Shown piece by piece: positions 27,060-40,841 of a stretch of DNA of 64,000 nucleotides. The translations under genes and the position numbers were made by a program. A model generated the notes under the pieces. It saw only the letters and a program-made list of their open reading frames with translations. It ran no database searches and was not told the origin of the DNA. Position 1 is the first letter of the stretch, and the number at the start of each line of letters is the position of its first letter. The stretch spans positions 186,062,001-186,126,000 of the forward strand of contig NC_042997.1 of assembly GCF_006345805.1 (NCBI RefSeq). Direction: 5' to 3'. This DNA is from Octopus sinensis. Taxonomy: Eukaryota.

Positions 27060-27202
27060 TTATTGAATAGATGAAATACTGAATATAAAATATTAAGGGA
27101 CTAGTATACTTTCTTGCATTAAAGACCTTGAAGACTTCTATAATGCAAGAAAGTATACTAGTCCCTTAATATTTTATATTCAATATTTCATCTATTCAAT
27201 AA
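27060..27202. repeat. Inverted repeat with 62-bp arms (1 mismatch) and 19-bp spacer
   Basis: 27060-27121 is the reverse complement of 27141-27202. Confidence 0.9.
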
Positions 27203-27237
27203 TGAAATGAAAGTCGTCTGGCTCTGAAGAATATTGT

Positions 27238-27944
27238 ATTTTTAACACTGTACGTCTATAACTGAACCTTCAGACAACAACTTTTAAACGATACACAAGA
27301 GATATGTTTGTTCTAGAAGGATGCGATATAAATGATTAAAATGCCTGCGTATATTCGCAATGCTCGCAGTAGTTAGAATATAAATAAAACATAAAAATCA
27401 GTGTTGGAATTCCTTCGATTTGTTCGACTAAAGGCGGTGGCTCAGCATGACTGAAACAAATGAAAGAAAAAGAATATATCTACATAGACACATATACATA
27501 CGTACATATCTTTATAGACAGAGTCATGCCTGCGCCTGGAGTATAGGTTTCAACGACAAGCGAGCCATTAAATAACCCACCTTTTGGGAAACAATTCACA
27601 GTGAAGTCCAACTGAGCCGATGTGTATACAGTCACAGCGCTAATAAGTGGAAAACGAGGCTTGTCTGGCTGCGTTGAAACTAGTGATATGTTTACTGTCT
27701 ACTGGAAATATTTCATTACAGAGAAGACATACGCTGCGTTGTCTAGCTAAACAAAAAAACAAAAAATGTATATATAAACACACTCATACACATATAAATA
27801 CACACACACACACACACATACTTGTTCAGTAGCAGCTGTAACCAAGATGAATATAGAGAAATCTAACAATCAAGGTAAACATTAGGCCAGACGAGGACTG
27901 ATCATTAAATAGATCTGAACATGTCTACCTTTATTCACCTACAC

Positions 27945-27998
<54 letters not shown>

Positions 27999-28672
27999 AC
28001 ATACACACATACACACGCACACACGCAAATACACAAGCGCACCCATGCTAACGAAGCACACTTAACACGCACATACATGAATACACTCCTAAGCAACTAC
28101 ATGTACACATACATGATATATATATATATATACTACAATACGTATATAGTAGTATATGTATATAGACACTTATATGTACACACAGAGAACACACACACAC
28201 GCATATATATATATATACATATATATATACACACGTTTTATACATCTATATATTTATATACACATAGATACTTTTTACATATATATATATGCGAGTGTGC
28301 AAATATATATATATGTAGGCATATATACATTTGTATACAAATGAAGTATTTACGTCTGAGTTCTCGCTTGTTCCCCCCCCCTTTCTTTTCCTCACTCTCA
28401 ATTATATATTGATTCTAACTGCAGGCCAATTCGATTGTCGTATCGACTTTGATCTTGTATCTACCCGAATTCTTCATTCACCCAGTTTGACACTTGTCTT
28501 TTATAAGACCGAGACCAATAACTACTGCGAGCATTGCGAATATACGCAGGCATTTTAATCATTTATATCGCATCCTTCTAGAACAAACATATCTCTTGTG
28601 TATCGTTTAAAAAATTCAGGCTACAGTTGCTGCTTGGTGAAGGTTCAGTTATAGACGTACTGTGTTAAAAAT
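27238..28672. repeat. Long-range inverted repeat with a 94-bp perfect core and a ~35-bp outer extension
   Basis: 27282-27375 is the exact reverse complement of 28519-28612; about 27238-27272 matches 28638-28672 with 1 mismatch. Confidence 0.9.
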
Positions 28673-29349
28673 CGACCCGGAAGTGACCATGAGGTGCGCA
28701 TTTCTCCATTAATGCGGCTTGTCAATGTAACACACGTGAATCGATTTGACATAAAGCTGTCTCCGTCGATATAGCACATATAGAAACTGTGAATAAACAA
28801 CTTATGGACCCTGAAATAAGGTCGCAAAACTGAATAAATTTTCCAAGTATGCAATAGAAGTTATACATTAAAATCGTTTTCGTATCCAACAGGTAGAATA
28901 TTTTGATACTCTACCTGTTTGTGTTCAAACTGACTAGATCTTGCCTCTCATACCGATCCTAGAATGTCATTCTAACAATAAACAATCATATCATCAATTA
29001 TGTATGATTAATTCAAAACAATGTGAACGAATAAACATTACATTTGACAGAATAATCTGAATGCTAAAGGGTTAAAGTCATTGCTATATCGTCTTTGTAA
29101 AGGTATCTTGGACGCTTTGTCAATGGAACCGGTTAGAATTAATTTCTAGTTTAGTATGAAAGGTTTATTTACCTAATTGTGACGTTCATAGTCTGTAATT
29201 TTGATGCTGTGTTAAAATTCATTATTTTATCTTATTCGAGGAGAAAAGGTGGCAAGTTATCTGAGTTCTTAGTACATCGGATAATGCCTAGCGATATTTC
29301 TTCCGTCTCTTTACATTCTGAGATCAAATTTTGTCGAGGCCTTTGATGG

Positions 29350-29380
<31 letters not shown>

Positions 29381-29632
29381 CTCTTTTACTTGTTTCAGTC
29401 ATTTGACTGCGGCCATGCTGGAGCACCGCCTTTAGTCGAGCAAATCGACCCTAGTACTTATTTTATCGGTCTCTTTTGCCGAACCGCTAAGTTACGTTTC
29501 CGTCCCGACATCCGAAACTCGGAGCTTTATCATGGCTACCGAATAAATGTCACATATTATATTTACAGATAAACTCCTCTATCTACATAATATCGAGGTG
29601 TCTTTCATTCTTTTGTTGTCTTACCATTTCTA

Positions 29633-29678
<46 letters not shown>

Positions 29679-29775
29679 GGAGTAAACACATAAATGTGAA
29701 ACAAGGTGAAAAAAGAGTACTCAAATACCAGTGGTAGAGTAATATGCTTTATTCAAAAGCAGCAGAAAATTCAAC

Positions 29776-29821
29776 AAAACTGTTACTCTGAGTTTCACGT
29801 TCCCGTTCGTCGGACAGTTTT
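29776..29821 (-). ncRNA. Type I hammerhead ribozyme motif with U4C core variant, in a (TA)n-flanked repeat (29677-29830)
   Basis: AAAACTGT-CCGACGA-ACG(GGAA)CGT-GAA-ACTC(A)GAGT-A-ACAGTTTT: 8-bp stem I, 3-bp stem II, 4-bp stem III, UA cleavage site. Confidence 0.65.
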
Positions 29822-29875
29822 TGCTAGAATGTATATATATATATATGTATATATATGTATATACATATATATATA

Positions 29876-29906
<31 letters not shown>

Positions 29907-30620
29907 CATTTGCACACACACTCAAGCACACACGAACGCATGCACCCACATACACCTAAACGTGCACATACATTGAGCTACTCTAAAGTTCGTATCATTC
30001 TACTTTGTGATATATCTAATTTCGTTTCATCTCTTAGAAATAGTAATCATATCTTCCTCAAATATCTAACCGCATAAAAATACATTGGACGACATATTTG
30101 TAGAAATTAAGACATGTGATAGCCGTTGCATTAAGACGTTTGGTCATAAGTGTGTGAAGGAAACTGATCTGCGGCTAAACAACGTTAGAAAAATAAGCAA
30201 AACATATTCATGTTAGGATTTATTCCATCCACGTCCCAGAAATGAAAGAACAAAATAAATCTTCCTTTTATATTTTTTCAAGCGCAATCATTATTTGAAG
30301 AGTTAGGTTCGTTTTCTTTGCTGCTGTATTTAATTACTTTCTTTTAAGAATCTCACGTTTCGTCGGTAACCTTTTAAGGCAAATATGCCTACTTAGCAAA
30401 GAAAAATAATGAAAAAATATAAATGCAAATCCTTTTTCAGTGATATAAAATGTAAATAAATTTTGTAAGCATATTTAGGATTTTAAATATTTCGGGCTGG
30501 TCTTTTCTTTCTCTGTGCAATTTCATAAACTTCTTGTCTTTTTCTTCCCCTACACTCTCCATATCTTTCTCTTTCTGTCTTTCTGTCTTTCTCTCGCGTT
30601 TCTCTATCTATCTACTATCT

Positions 30621-30685
<65 letters not shown>

Positions 30686-30714
30686 ATATCTATCTATCTA
30701 TCTATCTATATGTA

Positions 30715-30772
<58 letters not shown>

Positions 30773-30776
<4 letters not shown>

Positions 30777-30940
30777 CGCAGGCGTGGCTGTTTGGTAAGA
30801 AGATTGCTTCTCAACCGCATGGTTCCGAGTTCCGTCCCACTGCGTGGCTTCTTCGGCAAGTGTATTCTGCTATAGTCTCGGACCTACGAAAGCCGTGTAA
30901 GTGGATTTCGTAAACGGAAACTAGAAGAAGCCAGTCGTGT
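30773..30940 (+). mobile_element. SINE family A 5' half, diverged
   Basis: TAGGCGCAGGCGTGGCTGTTTGG head through GAAGCCAGTCGT. Confidence 0.75.
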
Positions 30941-30992
30941 ATACATACATACATACATACATACACACACACACATACACACACACACACAC

Positions 30993-31034
<42 letters not shown>

Positions 31035-31056
31035 TATATAATATATATATATATAT

Positions 31057-31651
31057 AAAACATTCTCCCACCTTGAAGAGTCTGCGTTTGAAATCCAGGA
31101 ACAGGAGATATCAACCAAACACCTGATGCAGAAAAGGGATGGAGTTGCAGGAAAAGCAGTAAAATGTGACAATTGATGCAGGTCATCACTGATAAAACAT
31201 GATGTTGTAGCTAGGACACTCTATAAGGAAATCCGTCGGAAGGATAACACCGAGGACAAAGAAATAAGAACCCACATTATGGTAGAAGCCATAGCCACTC
31301 ATAATAAAGAGAACTGGTGGAATGTCCCAGTGAAGACCTTAAGAAACTGTGCACAGTTGTGGAAATTAGCTGCCCAGCGGATGTTAACATAGAGCTGAAG
31401 ATCAGTGAAAAAGAGAATACTTAACGATGAACTATTGATAAATATACAGTTACTCTATCCAGATTACAAGTTCAGGTTTATACCTGTAATTATTGGGGGC
31501 CTGGGATATGTAACACACTGACTAAATACTAATCTTGGAGAAATTACGCTTCTCAAAACCAGAAAGGAGAACGTTAATTCGAAGACTACAGATCCAATCC
31601 ATTACTGGAACTGTAAAAATCTGTAAAACTTTCCAGAAATTTATCATTTAA
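31057..31651 (+). pseudogene. RLE-type LINE C-terminal remnant between (TA)n tracts
   Basis: AFEIQEQEISTK, CTVVEISCPADVNI..KISEKEN, LLYPDYKFRFIPVIIG.LGYV, LIRRLQIQSITGTVKICKTFQKFII*. Confidence 0.75.
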
Positions 31652-32609
31652 ATATATATATATATAAGCATGTCTTGATCTGCAACTATATGCATGAGAA
31701 TACATACATGAAACAAAACGTACAAATCTTCACATATAAATACATCTACATACATACATACATACATACATACATACATACATACATACATACATACATA
31801 CATAAGACAGAGAGACAGACAGAGAAAAGTGGTCCGTTGTTGATGTTGAAATTCCAATGTAGGAGACTTGGATCTAGGTTAGAAACCGGCTCATTATTGG
31901 CAAGAAATCTCGAAATATAACTGAACAATGACATACATACATACATATATATATGCACACGACGTGTGTGCGTGTGAGTATGTGCGCATGCGTCCGTATC
32001 TCCTACACATATGCCTGAGTTGCACGTGCTTTCATATGCATGTGCATATGTGTATGTGTGTGTGTGTGTGCATATGTACGTTTATGTGTGTATGAGGTAA
32101 GCGGTCGGTTTTGTGTATGAATTTGTGAGTGTATAAATATATATGTGTGTGTTAGTATGTATGCTTGTGCACGCGCATGTGTATGCGTATGTGTATGTGT
32201 GTGTGTGTGTGTGCGTTTGTGTGTGCGCGTCCGCGTATTCAGAACTCCAAATGAACACGTCGATGCTATAAAAATAAAATGAAAGAAGTTTGAAGTTTGA
32301 GATTATCTTGTTATTAGTGCGAATCGACTGAGGAATCAAGCCATTTTCGTTCTCAAATTTCTAAGTGACCTAGCCGAGACCTGACAGTTCTTTTTGCACT
32401 GACGGCGTCCAAACTATAATCACTTTAGAAACTGGATAGTTATGGCCCTCAGAGAAACGTCTAATTGACATTTTTTTTCCTGTTTTCATCTCAAGCTTCT
32501 CTTACAAACACGCTGTCAACCATTCAGCGAAATAAAATAATGAAAGAAAATAGAAGAAATGAAAGTGAACGAGGAGAAAGAGTGTTAATGAGATAGAAAA
32601 CGAGAGAGA

Positions 32610-32652
<43 letters not shown>

Positions 32653-32700
32653 GAGAAAGATGAGGAACGCATACTATGACAGAGATGAGGAAGAGACACT

Positions 32701-32824
32701 ATGAGGGAGAAGTGAAGAGGAAGAGACCAAATGAGAGAGCAGTGGAGAGGAAGAGACACCATGATGGAAAAGTGAAGAGCGAGAGGCACAATGAGGCAGA
32801 AGTGAGGAAGGAGAGATAAAATGA
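32701..32824. repeat. Degenerate purine-rich 30-bp minisatellite (about 4 units)
   Basis: ATGA..G.A..AGTG.AG.G..GAGA units start at 32701, 32731, 32761 and 32791. Confidence 0.7.
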
Positions 32825-33476
32825 ACTAAAGGAGAGATTTGTGGGGAAGTATGGGAAATAAATATAATTTGAGATTAACGACACCTGACAATTACTACGA
32901 AGCCCACTTCGAAGGGGAAAAGAGGAGAGAGAGCAAAAGGTACTTTCTTGGTTCTCACTTATAACGACTACTTCTCATCAAAACACCTCCAGCGCCATCG
33001 CCGCCATCAATTTTTTTTTTCGTTTATTTTTAAATTGTCTTTCTCGAGACACCACTATTTGCAAACTGCTGGTCACTAATGGGGCTCAAATAATCTTCTT
33101 GAATGAAATGTGCGTTATATTCATATTAGATTCACTGAACCTATAATAAGTGCATGGCTGAAGAGAGAATTAATGCTAATGTCACAATCATTCCTGCTAA
33201 CTATTTTGTCACTCTTCAAGGAAATCAATGCTAATGGTTGCTGTAAGGCCATCTTGGTTTGGTGATTTTTCTCTTTAAATTTCATAATTCACTATTGCGA
33301 ATTCACTAAATAAATAAACACACTCATACACACACACACACACACACACACATTTAAATACATACGTATATGTGTGTGTATGTGTCTGTGTTATTGTGTC
33401 TGTATGTGTATATAAATTATGTATGTAGGTATATACACATGTACGTACAAGCGTGTAGAGAGATAATGATGCGTGT

Positions 33477-33528
<52 letters not shown>

Positions 33529-33537
33529 AATAGATAA

Positions 33538-33624
<87 letters not shown>

Positions 33625-33660
33625 GTAGATAGATGTAGATATATATATATATGGAAGTAT

Positions 33661-33697
<37 letters not shown>

Positions 33698-33712
33698 AAA
33701 GACAAGAAAAAT

Positions 33713-33768
<56 letters not shown>

Positions 33769-33783
33769 TAATGGCATAGTGAA

Positions 33784-34115
33784 GGCGCATGGCTCAGTGG
33801 TTAGAGTGTCGATCTTACGATCGTGAGATTGTGAGTTCGAATCCCGGATCGGGCTGCGTGTTGCGTTCATGAGCAAGACACTTTATTTCACGTTGCTCCA
33901 GTTCACTCAGCTGTAGAAATGAATTGCTACATCACTAGTGCCAAGCTTTATCGGCCGTTGTCATTCCCTTAGATAACACTGGTGGCATGGAGAGGGGAGG
34001 CCGGTATGCATGGGTAACTGCTGGTCTTCCATAAACAACCTTGCCCGGACTCGTGCCTGGGAGGGTAACTTTCTAGGTGCAATCCCATGGTTAGTCATGA
34101 CCGAAGTAGGGTCTC
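33784..34115 (+). mobile_element. tRNA-headed CORE-like SINE family E (single copy here)
   Basis: A box TGGCTCAGTGG, B box GAGTTCGAATCC, then GAGCAAGACACTTTATTTCACGTTGCTCCAGTTCACTCAGCTGT. Confidence 0.75.
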
Positions 34116-34609
34116 AACATAATGGCATACATACATAGATAAATACATTGGAGAGAAAGAGAAAATGGAATTCAGATTCTTTATTAATTACAAAGATCGT
34201 TTCCATCAAACCCTCGTGGGTGAGATTCTGAACAACTGTTTGTGGTATAGATGCACCTTGTCAGGTGACATTTCAGAAGTATCTCGCTCAATAAAATCGG
34301 TTTCGCTTGGTTCGATTATAATGCATTTCGTTATTTGCTTGTAGCTAGTTGCAATACAGAGTTGGTTTTGTGGTTTGGAACATATACATAGAAGCTTTCG
34401 TCTACCCATCTTTACTCACAAGGTGCAAGGTGGTGTATACATAAGTCTATGCCTACCTATCTACCTACCTACCTACCTACCTACATACATACATACATAC
34501 ATACATACATACATACATACATACATACATACATACACATACATACGTACATATATACATACATACATAGTGTTGTACACTCAATACTCTCACTCATTGT
34601 GTTTACCAC

Positions 34610-34880
34610 TCTCGATACATGTTTTGTGAATACAGCAAGCCGACGATTGTTCTCTGCGTTCACAATCTGTTCGTATTGGAGCTTCCTGCGTGAATGCCAA
34701 GCGGTACAGCATGTCGTTTCCAAATTTGTGATAGAGTGAATTGCGCCATGGTGCTATTTTATTCAGAGACAGTGCCCAGTTGACCCTACTATATTGTGTT
34801 TTGGACAAAATCAAAAACAAACAATGCGCAAGCGTGAAATTAAAAATATAAAATGGTAGCAATCTACCCATCGCACCCTG
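34610..34880 (-). mobile_element. Left end of a mariner-like transposon (terminal repeat plus transposase start)
   Basis: Minus strand CAGGGTGCGATGGG terminus resembles the CAGGGTGCAGTG terminus at 23966; followed by ATG-initiated MAQFTLSQIWKRHAV. Confidence 0.55.
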
Positions 34881-34893
34881 AATATATATATAC

Positions 34894-34955
<62 letters not shown>

Positions 34956-35297
34956 TATATATATAATTTTTTTTAAATGAAGAAAAAGACCAGAAAAAAC
35001 AACAATTTGAGGATGTAGCACATGTAAAATATTAATAAGCCGTTCAGAGAAGGAAAACAAGGTTGTTTTACGTTTGAAGCACAGCTTTTCTTCAGAAACA
35101 GGTACCATAGGAAACTCGAAAGGAAAAGGAAGAAGGGAATTGTTTATGTGAAACGTTTTTAAGTGCATTCATAAAAAGGCTCCCATTTGTAATATCGGAT
35201 GGGTGGGGAATACAGCTAAAATATGAGGTTTGTGGAAACGTACGTAGCAATATGTTATAGGATTTATGAATTATCATCAAAACTTCTTTGCTATTAC

Positions 35298-35332
<35 letters not shown>

Positions 35333-35381
35333 TATATATATATTATATATATTATATTATATTATAATATATTATATTCTG

Positions 35382-35514
35382 TTCTGAGTTCTCATTCCTA
35401 AGCTATTTTTCCATGCTATTATTTTTATATTATTATTATTATTCAGGTCACTGCTTGTAATCGAACTCGGAATCTTGGGGTTAGTAACCTGCGCTCTTAA
35501 CCACTATGCTATAT
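35382..35514 (-). mobile_element. Truncated copy of the tRNA-head/(AAT)n/hammerhead element
   Basis: Same head, AAT tract and body start (CTTAGGAATGAGAAC) as 59068-59309; truncated before the ribozyme. Confidence 0.8.
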
Positions 35515-37432
35515 GACCGTATAATATAATATAATATAATATAATATAATATAATATAATATAATATAATATAATATAATATGATATAATATAATAAATG
35601 TCAATGTCAGTGTTTCAGTATTTCATGCTTTTTCAATTTTACTCCTAGAGGCCGTAACCCAACATATCAAACCATTTTGGAATCAGGCCGAGTCCGTGAG
35701 TAAATTAAAATCACTCTGGGCCGAATCCTCACACACAATCCTGAAGTTTTGTATTCTTAAGTTTTCATTACTGTGATTGCTACCGGCGAATTTTTAAATG
35801 ACTTTTGTGCGATAATCTTTTTTGTATGATAACAATTTTTATAATCTAAAGGCTAATTCCGTGAGTAAATTAATCCTGCAATCCTGAAATTTTGGATTCC
35901 TATGATTTCATAACTGCGATTGTTTTCGGCGGTTTTTTTTTTTTTGACATTGTTTTTTTTTTTGTGAGGAATATGGTCATCATTGGGATATAACTCTGGA
36001 GCAAGCAATTGCAACAAATTCTCCAAAACAAGTCAGAGATCTGTTTGCAGATCTTCCCATTCGGGGTCAGTTGCTTTTAAGCTGGTATATAGCTTTTAAG
36101 TAGCAACATCATTGAGATATGATCATGGTTTTTTATCAGTGCACGTTATTAGATTGTGTACATCTTTAAAATTACATGATGGCCAACATAGAAATCTACC
36201 AAATTTTGACCTAGACCAGGTACAACATTGTTGACCGTATGCTGGACACACCATAAGAAAAGCTTTATATGTGTTGCACATTCAACTTACAAAGAGCCAA
36301 AATAATTTTGCGTCTTGAATTACAAGTAATATAATGTCCAATAAGAGAATAAATACTTCAATCGATTATACTTGAGCACTACAGTATGTCGACAGCTTGT
36401 TTTATTAAATCTGTTGGTTTCCAACCTTTTGTATCTCAACATTTTCTTTTCACCGATTGACGTTTACAAACGTTTCACCAACACCACAATCATTATCATC
36501 ATCGTCATCATCACCACCACCACCACCACTATCGCCACCACCACAACTATACTCACTATATGTTGAATATAGCCGAACTTTGTTTTCTGATTATTCATTT
36601 CTATAGGTTAAAAACTTAAAAGAAAATATCAAAATGAACTATCTCTTATATAATTGTAGAAAATCAATAACTGATCAATAATAAGAGTATATAGAAGAGT
36701 TGAAAATAAATGTTTGAATCAATAAAAATAAACCAAATCATTTATAACTTTTGCTTTAATTTCAATAAATAACATTCTTTGAAAAAATTATATTTATTAA
36801 TTTAGATCTAAAAGAAACAAACTGTGAACATTGGACCTTAGCGCATCGTCGGTCATATTTCTGCTCGCAGACAATACAATGTCATATTCTGGTAACTGAC
36901 AAAGATGTTTTTGGAAAATGCGTTTAAAATTTTTGTAGCTGGTTTCATTTCTTAGAAAATCACTTAGAAAGTCACGATCGCGTTAAATGATCACATAGAG
37001 TTACTTGTAAGACAAATGGTTTTTAATGAATATACTTGTACTGTCTGGTGTTCGCAGAACTTTTGTGAGATTTTGGTTTGATTACAGAGTGATTGACAAT
37101 ATTTCCCAATCGGGGTTGCTGATACGGTAACATTTAGTAAAAGAATCTACAACCCTGGCTGATGCCTTTCAGCAGCTGACGTGTACTTGGTCAACTAACG
37201 TCACTCTTTATAAAGTGATGTCAAAGTCAAGAACACACATGTCAAACACATGATTCTAAGCAGATACATACATACATACATACATACATACATGATTATT
37301 CAATCTTGACATATAATAGACGGTAATCTCCATTATGTCTTTGTGATCTGCGAAGCTTCAAACAGATAAGATACAAAATTTCTACAGGGTTCATATAGCT
37401 TCCTTGTATTGTAGAAACCTTATACACTTTAA

Positions 37433-37669
37433 GGCGGCGAGATGGCTGAAACGTTAGCACGCCGGGCGAAATGCTTAGCGGTATTTCGTCTGTCTTTACG
37501 TTCTGAGTTCAAATTCCGCCGAGGTCGACTTTGCCTTTCATCCTTTCGGGGTCGATTAAATAAGTACCAGTTACACACTGGGGTCGATATAATCTACTTA
37601 ATCCGTTTGTCTGTCCTTGTTTGTCCCCTCTGTCTTTGGCCCCTTGTGGGCAGTAAAGAAATGAGAAAC
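37433..37669 (+). mobile_element. SINE family B, tail B1
   Basis: Full head, core and tail; ends GAAATGAGAAAC. Confidence 0.9.
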
Positions 37670-37919
37670 CTTATGCACTTCCATGTACCTTTTCAAATTA
37701 GATTTAATCCGACGGACTTTTGCACATATTACACAATGGTTGTTACCATAAAATGATGGCTAATAATGATTGGCCATCATGTTAGCTGCATCTTAATTTT
37801 GCATATTACTGTATGATTTGATGTGGCTTAAGTAACCAGTTTTTAACAGTTGATGTAAACCACAAAGACTGCATTTCTAACTCTTAATTTCATCTGGTGT
37901 ATCCACGTTACTTTCCTTT

Positions 37920-40000
37920 CTCAAAATACGTTTTAGCTGTGCATGCTGCCTTTTTTGACTAACTCAAATCTAGCAAAACTTTGCTTCACCAGAAACCTCC
38001 ACCCATCTTTAATGTTAACTTTCTCTTCCCAGAATTGAACATCTATTTTCAATTTCACTAAGTTGCTATAGATACAGAACTTGTGTTGTTTCTTTGGTTG
38101 ATTTTGTAGTCGTTTTCCAACTTTTAGCTCCCCATAAAATAACTGCTTGGGTATTCTCATATCTGATATACTTACAAAGTGCCCTGCTCATCGTGCTTGA
38201 TTTTGAACTAAGTGTTACTCAATAGATACAGAATACCATTTAAACTCGGGGCATTACTAGAGTTTAACTAACTTATTGATAACAGAATTTCACCATATTA
38301 AGTTATGTTAACCATGTACGTCAAAATGTCGCTTTGTAGAAATCTATTAATTATTTACACGTTGAGCTCGGGAAGGTTGAAGAGCAGAACTGAAAAGTTT
38401 TATTATGTCATGGAATATAAAAGACTGTTTCTGCATCATTTGATCGCAATATGAATCCAAATGACTAAGGTTTAAATGTTTGGATAGGGAGAACTTTAAA
38501 CCCTTGAAATCCTTTCAGTTGTAAGCATTTTAAGCATACAATGAGATTTATCCTCTATGTATTTTTAATTCTTCTTAATGCTGCTTTCTTTGACGAGTGG
38601 CTGCTTTCTATGGACTTTTTATTTTTTGTATCGGGATTCACTAAAACCTTACAAGTTGATTGATTCTTCCTCTTGCAGCTGGCATACTTCTTTGCTGTTG
38701 TTGCCAAAACAGTCTGTGTATTTTATCTTTCTTTTGATTCCCAAGATAGTGATATCCAAATCACATACCTGATGCTCGAAATTCTCCAAAGTTTCATAGA
38801 TGAATTTGTCTTGTATAAGTTTCTATCTATATCTTATTGAGCTAAGTCATGAGCAATAACCCGCTTTGGTAGTTTTGCACTATTCATGCGTATTTTCCGA
38901 CGAATCCAAAATTTGAGCTTATTCTGTACCAGTCTATGTGTTAGGTTAAGGTCACACCCTACGCTGCATAAAATACGTAGTTTACAGACATCTTGCATAC
39001 TTTTTTACTTGTTTCAGTCATTTGACTGTGGCCATGCTGTGGCACCACCATTAGTCGAGCAAATCGACCCCAGGACTTATTATTTGTAAGCCTAGTACTT
39101 ATTCTATCGGTCACTTTTTGCCGAACCGCTAAGTTACAGGGACGTAAACACACCAGCATCGGTTGTCAAGTGATGCTGGGGGGACAAACACAGACACACA
39201 AACATATACACACACATACATATACATATATACGACGTGCTTCTTTCAGTTTCCGTCTACCAAATCCACTCACAAGGCTTTGGTTGGCCCGAGGCTATAG
39301 TAGAAGACACTTGCCCAAGGTGCCACGCAGTGAAACTGAACTCGGAACCATGTGGTTGGTAAGCAAGCTACTTACCACACAGCCACTCCTACGCATATCG
39401 GATTTTCAAGTGAGGATAAAATTAATTGCGGGTGTAACTATTATTTTATGTTTTAATTTTTGCCTGAAAAAGTGTTGCAAATATATAAAAAGTTCAGAGC
39501 AAAGTTAAAGTAAGTACAAACCATTTCTTTTCTAATGCCCAATAGTATGACGGTTGAGTGAACTCCAACATAAACATTAAAATCTCCCGGAACAATAAGT
39601 TTTTCATGGGTAAATATAACAGTATTGATATTTATGAGGGATTCACAGAAAGATAAGATTGTATCCTCGTTTACCTGAATAGTTTGCTCATAGACAGACA
39701 GAATATAGATATAACGACAATAAACTAAAGGAATTTTCAGGTTCAATATTCTATCGTTTATGCTGTATGGTAGCTTTATATCTACATATAGACTTGTTTT
39801 CACAACACATCCGATATCTCTATCTCTCCTAACACCACTTGCGTTCCCAATCTATAATACTTTGAATCCAGACGATGCTTTTGTTAGATGGTTTTTCACC
39901 AGAAAACCTGTCTTCTGAAAGTGCTGCTATATTTATGTTGAGAAGTTGCAGTTCTTTAGCAAAAAGTGCCATCGGACGTTCAGGATGATCTGAATCAACC
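37920..40000 (-). pseudogene. Fragmented RTE-clade LINE (APE endonuclease, linker, C-terminus) interrupted by a SINE
   Basis: About 39530-39980: KELQLLNINIAALSE, INDRILNLKIPL, ILSVY, EKLIVPGDFNVYVG. About 38560-38720: HTDCFGNNSKE. 37933-38160: RIPKQLFYGEL..GKR..W. Confidence 0.85.
39001..39396 (-). mobile_element. SINE family A, full length, nested in the RTE remnant
   Basis: All landmarks present. Confidence 0.9.
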
Positions 40001-40806
40001 AAAAGATTTCTTTACATTGTAACAACCGATATATTTTTTAATCCTTTATCTTAAGAATAAAGTTGTGCATTAAGTCTTTGTTCATTCCTACTTTTGATGA
40101 ACTGACTATAATCGCAGTAAACTAACCAGTATAAATTGACAGGCAATTTTTAGTACTCATTTTCAAGCACTTTCCCAGGCACAAAGGGACTGGATGAGCA
40201 ATGCTCTCTTAAACATGGCTGCTCAGAAACAAGAAACTCCGCTGAAGCGATTCCTGTGCATGGAAATATGAGAACTACGTTAAGATAAGTTTCCTTGATT
40301 GTGTAAATTCATAAGTGCACTTCCAGCTGGTTAAACCAGCACATGTCACCACAATAGGTCTTTAAAACAGAGACAAGATGAACTAAAGAGAAGGAAACAG
40401 TTATACGTCATCGACTGAAGTATCATGCACTTTTGCAATATGTATCCCATTCTCTAAGTGTCATCATCAGGCGGATTTCAATAACAAGCATTGCAGAATG
40501 ACTAGCAGTTGCATTAAATGCAGGTTTGTTTTCAGAATGCCTTTCCATAGACTTTTTCCATCGAGGAATATCAGGCAATGTAAAAACTTTTGATACTTGA
40601 ATATTCTTCATACCTTATATATAAAGAAAGCTATGAAAAATTACAGTTTTTCTAGAGTTTAGTACGTATCTCTTTAACGTTAGAGACTTCTATTGACGTA
40701 GTTTGTGTCTAAGGAAGCAGCCCTTTCTTTGCGGGGACTTTCAAACTGTTAGAGGAAATAAATAAGGTACGTAAACATACACTCAAATACACACGTTTAC
40801 ACACAC

Positions 40807-40837
<31 letters not shown>

Positions 40838-40841
40838 TATT

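Noticed and set aside
33784-33855. tRNA-like heads (also at 2143, 25732, 55342, 59237) as tRNA genes
   Set aside because: No complete acceptor stem, and each continues into a repeat body; they are SINE heads.
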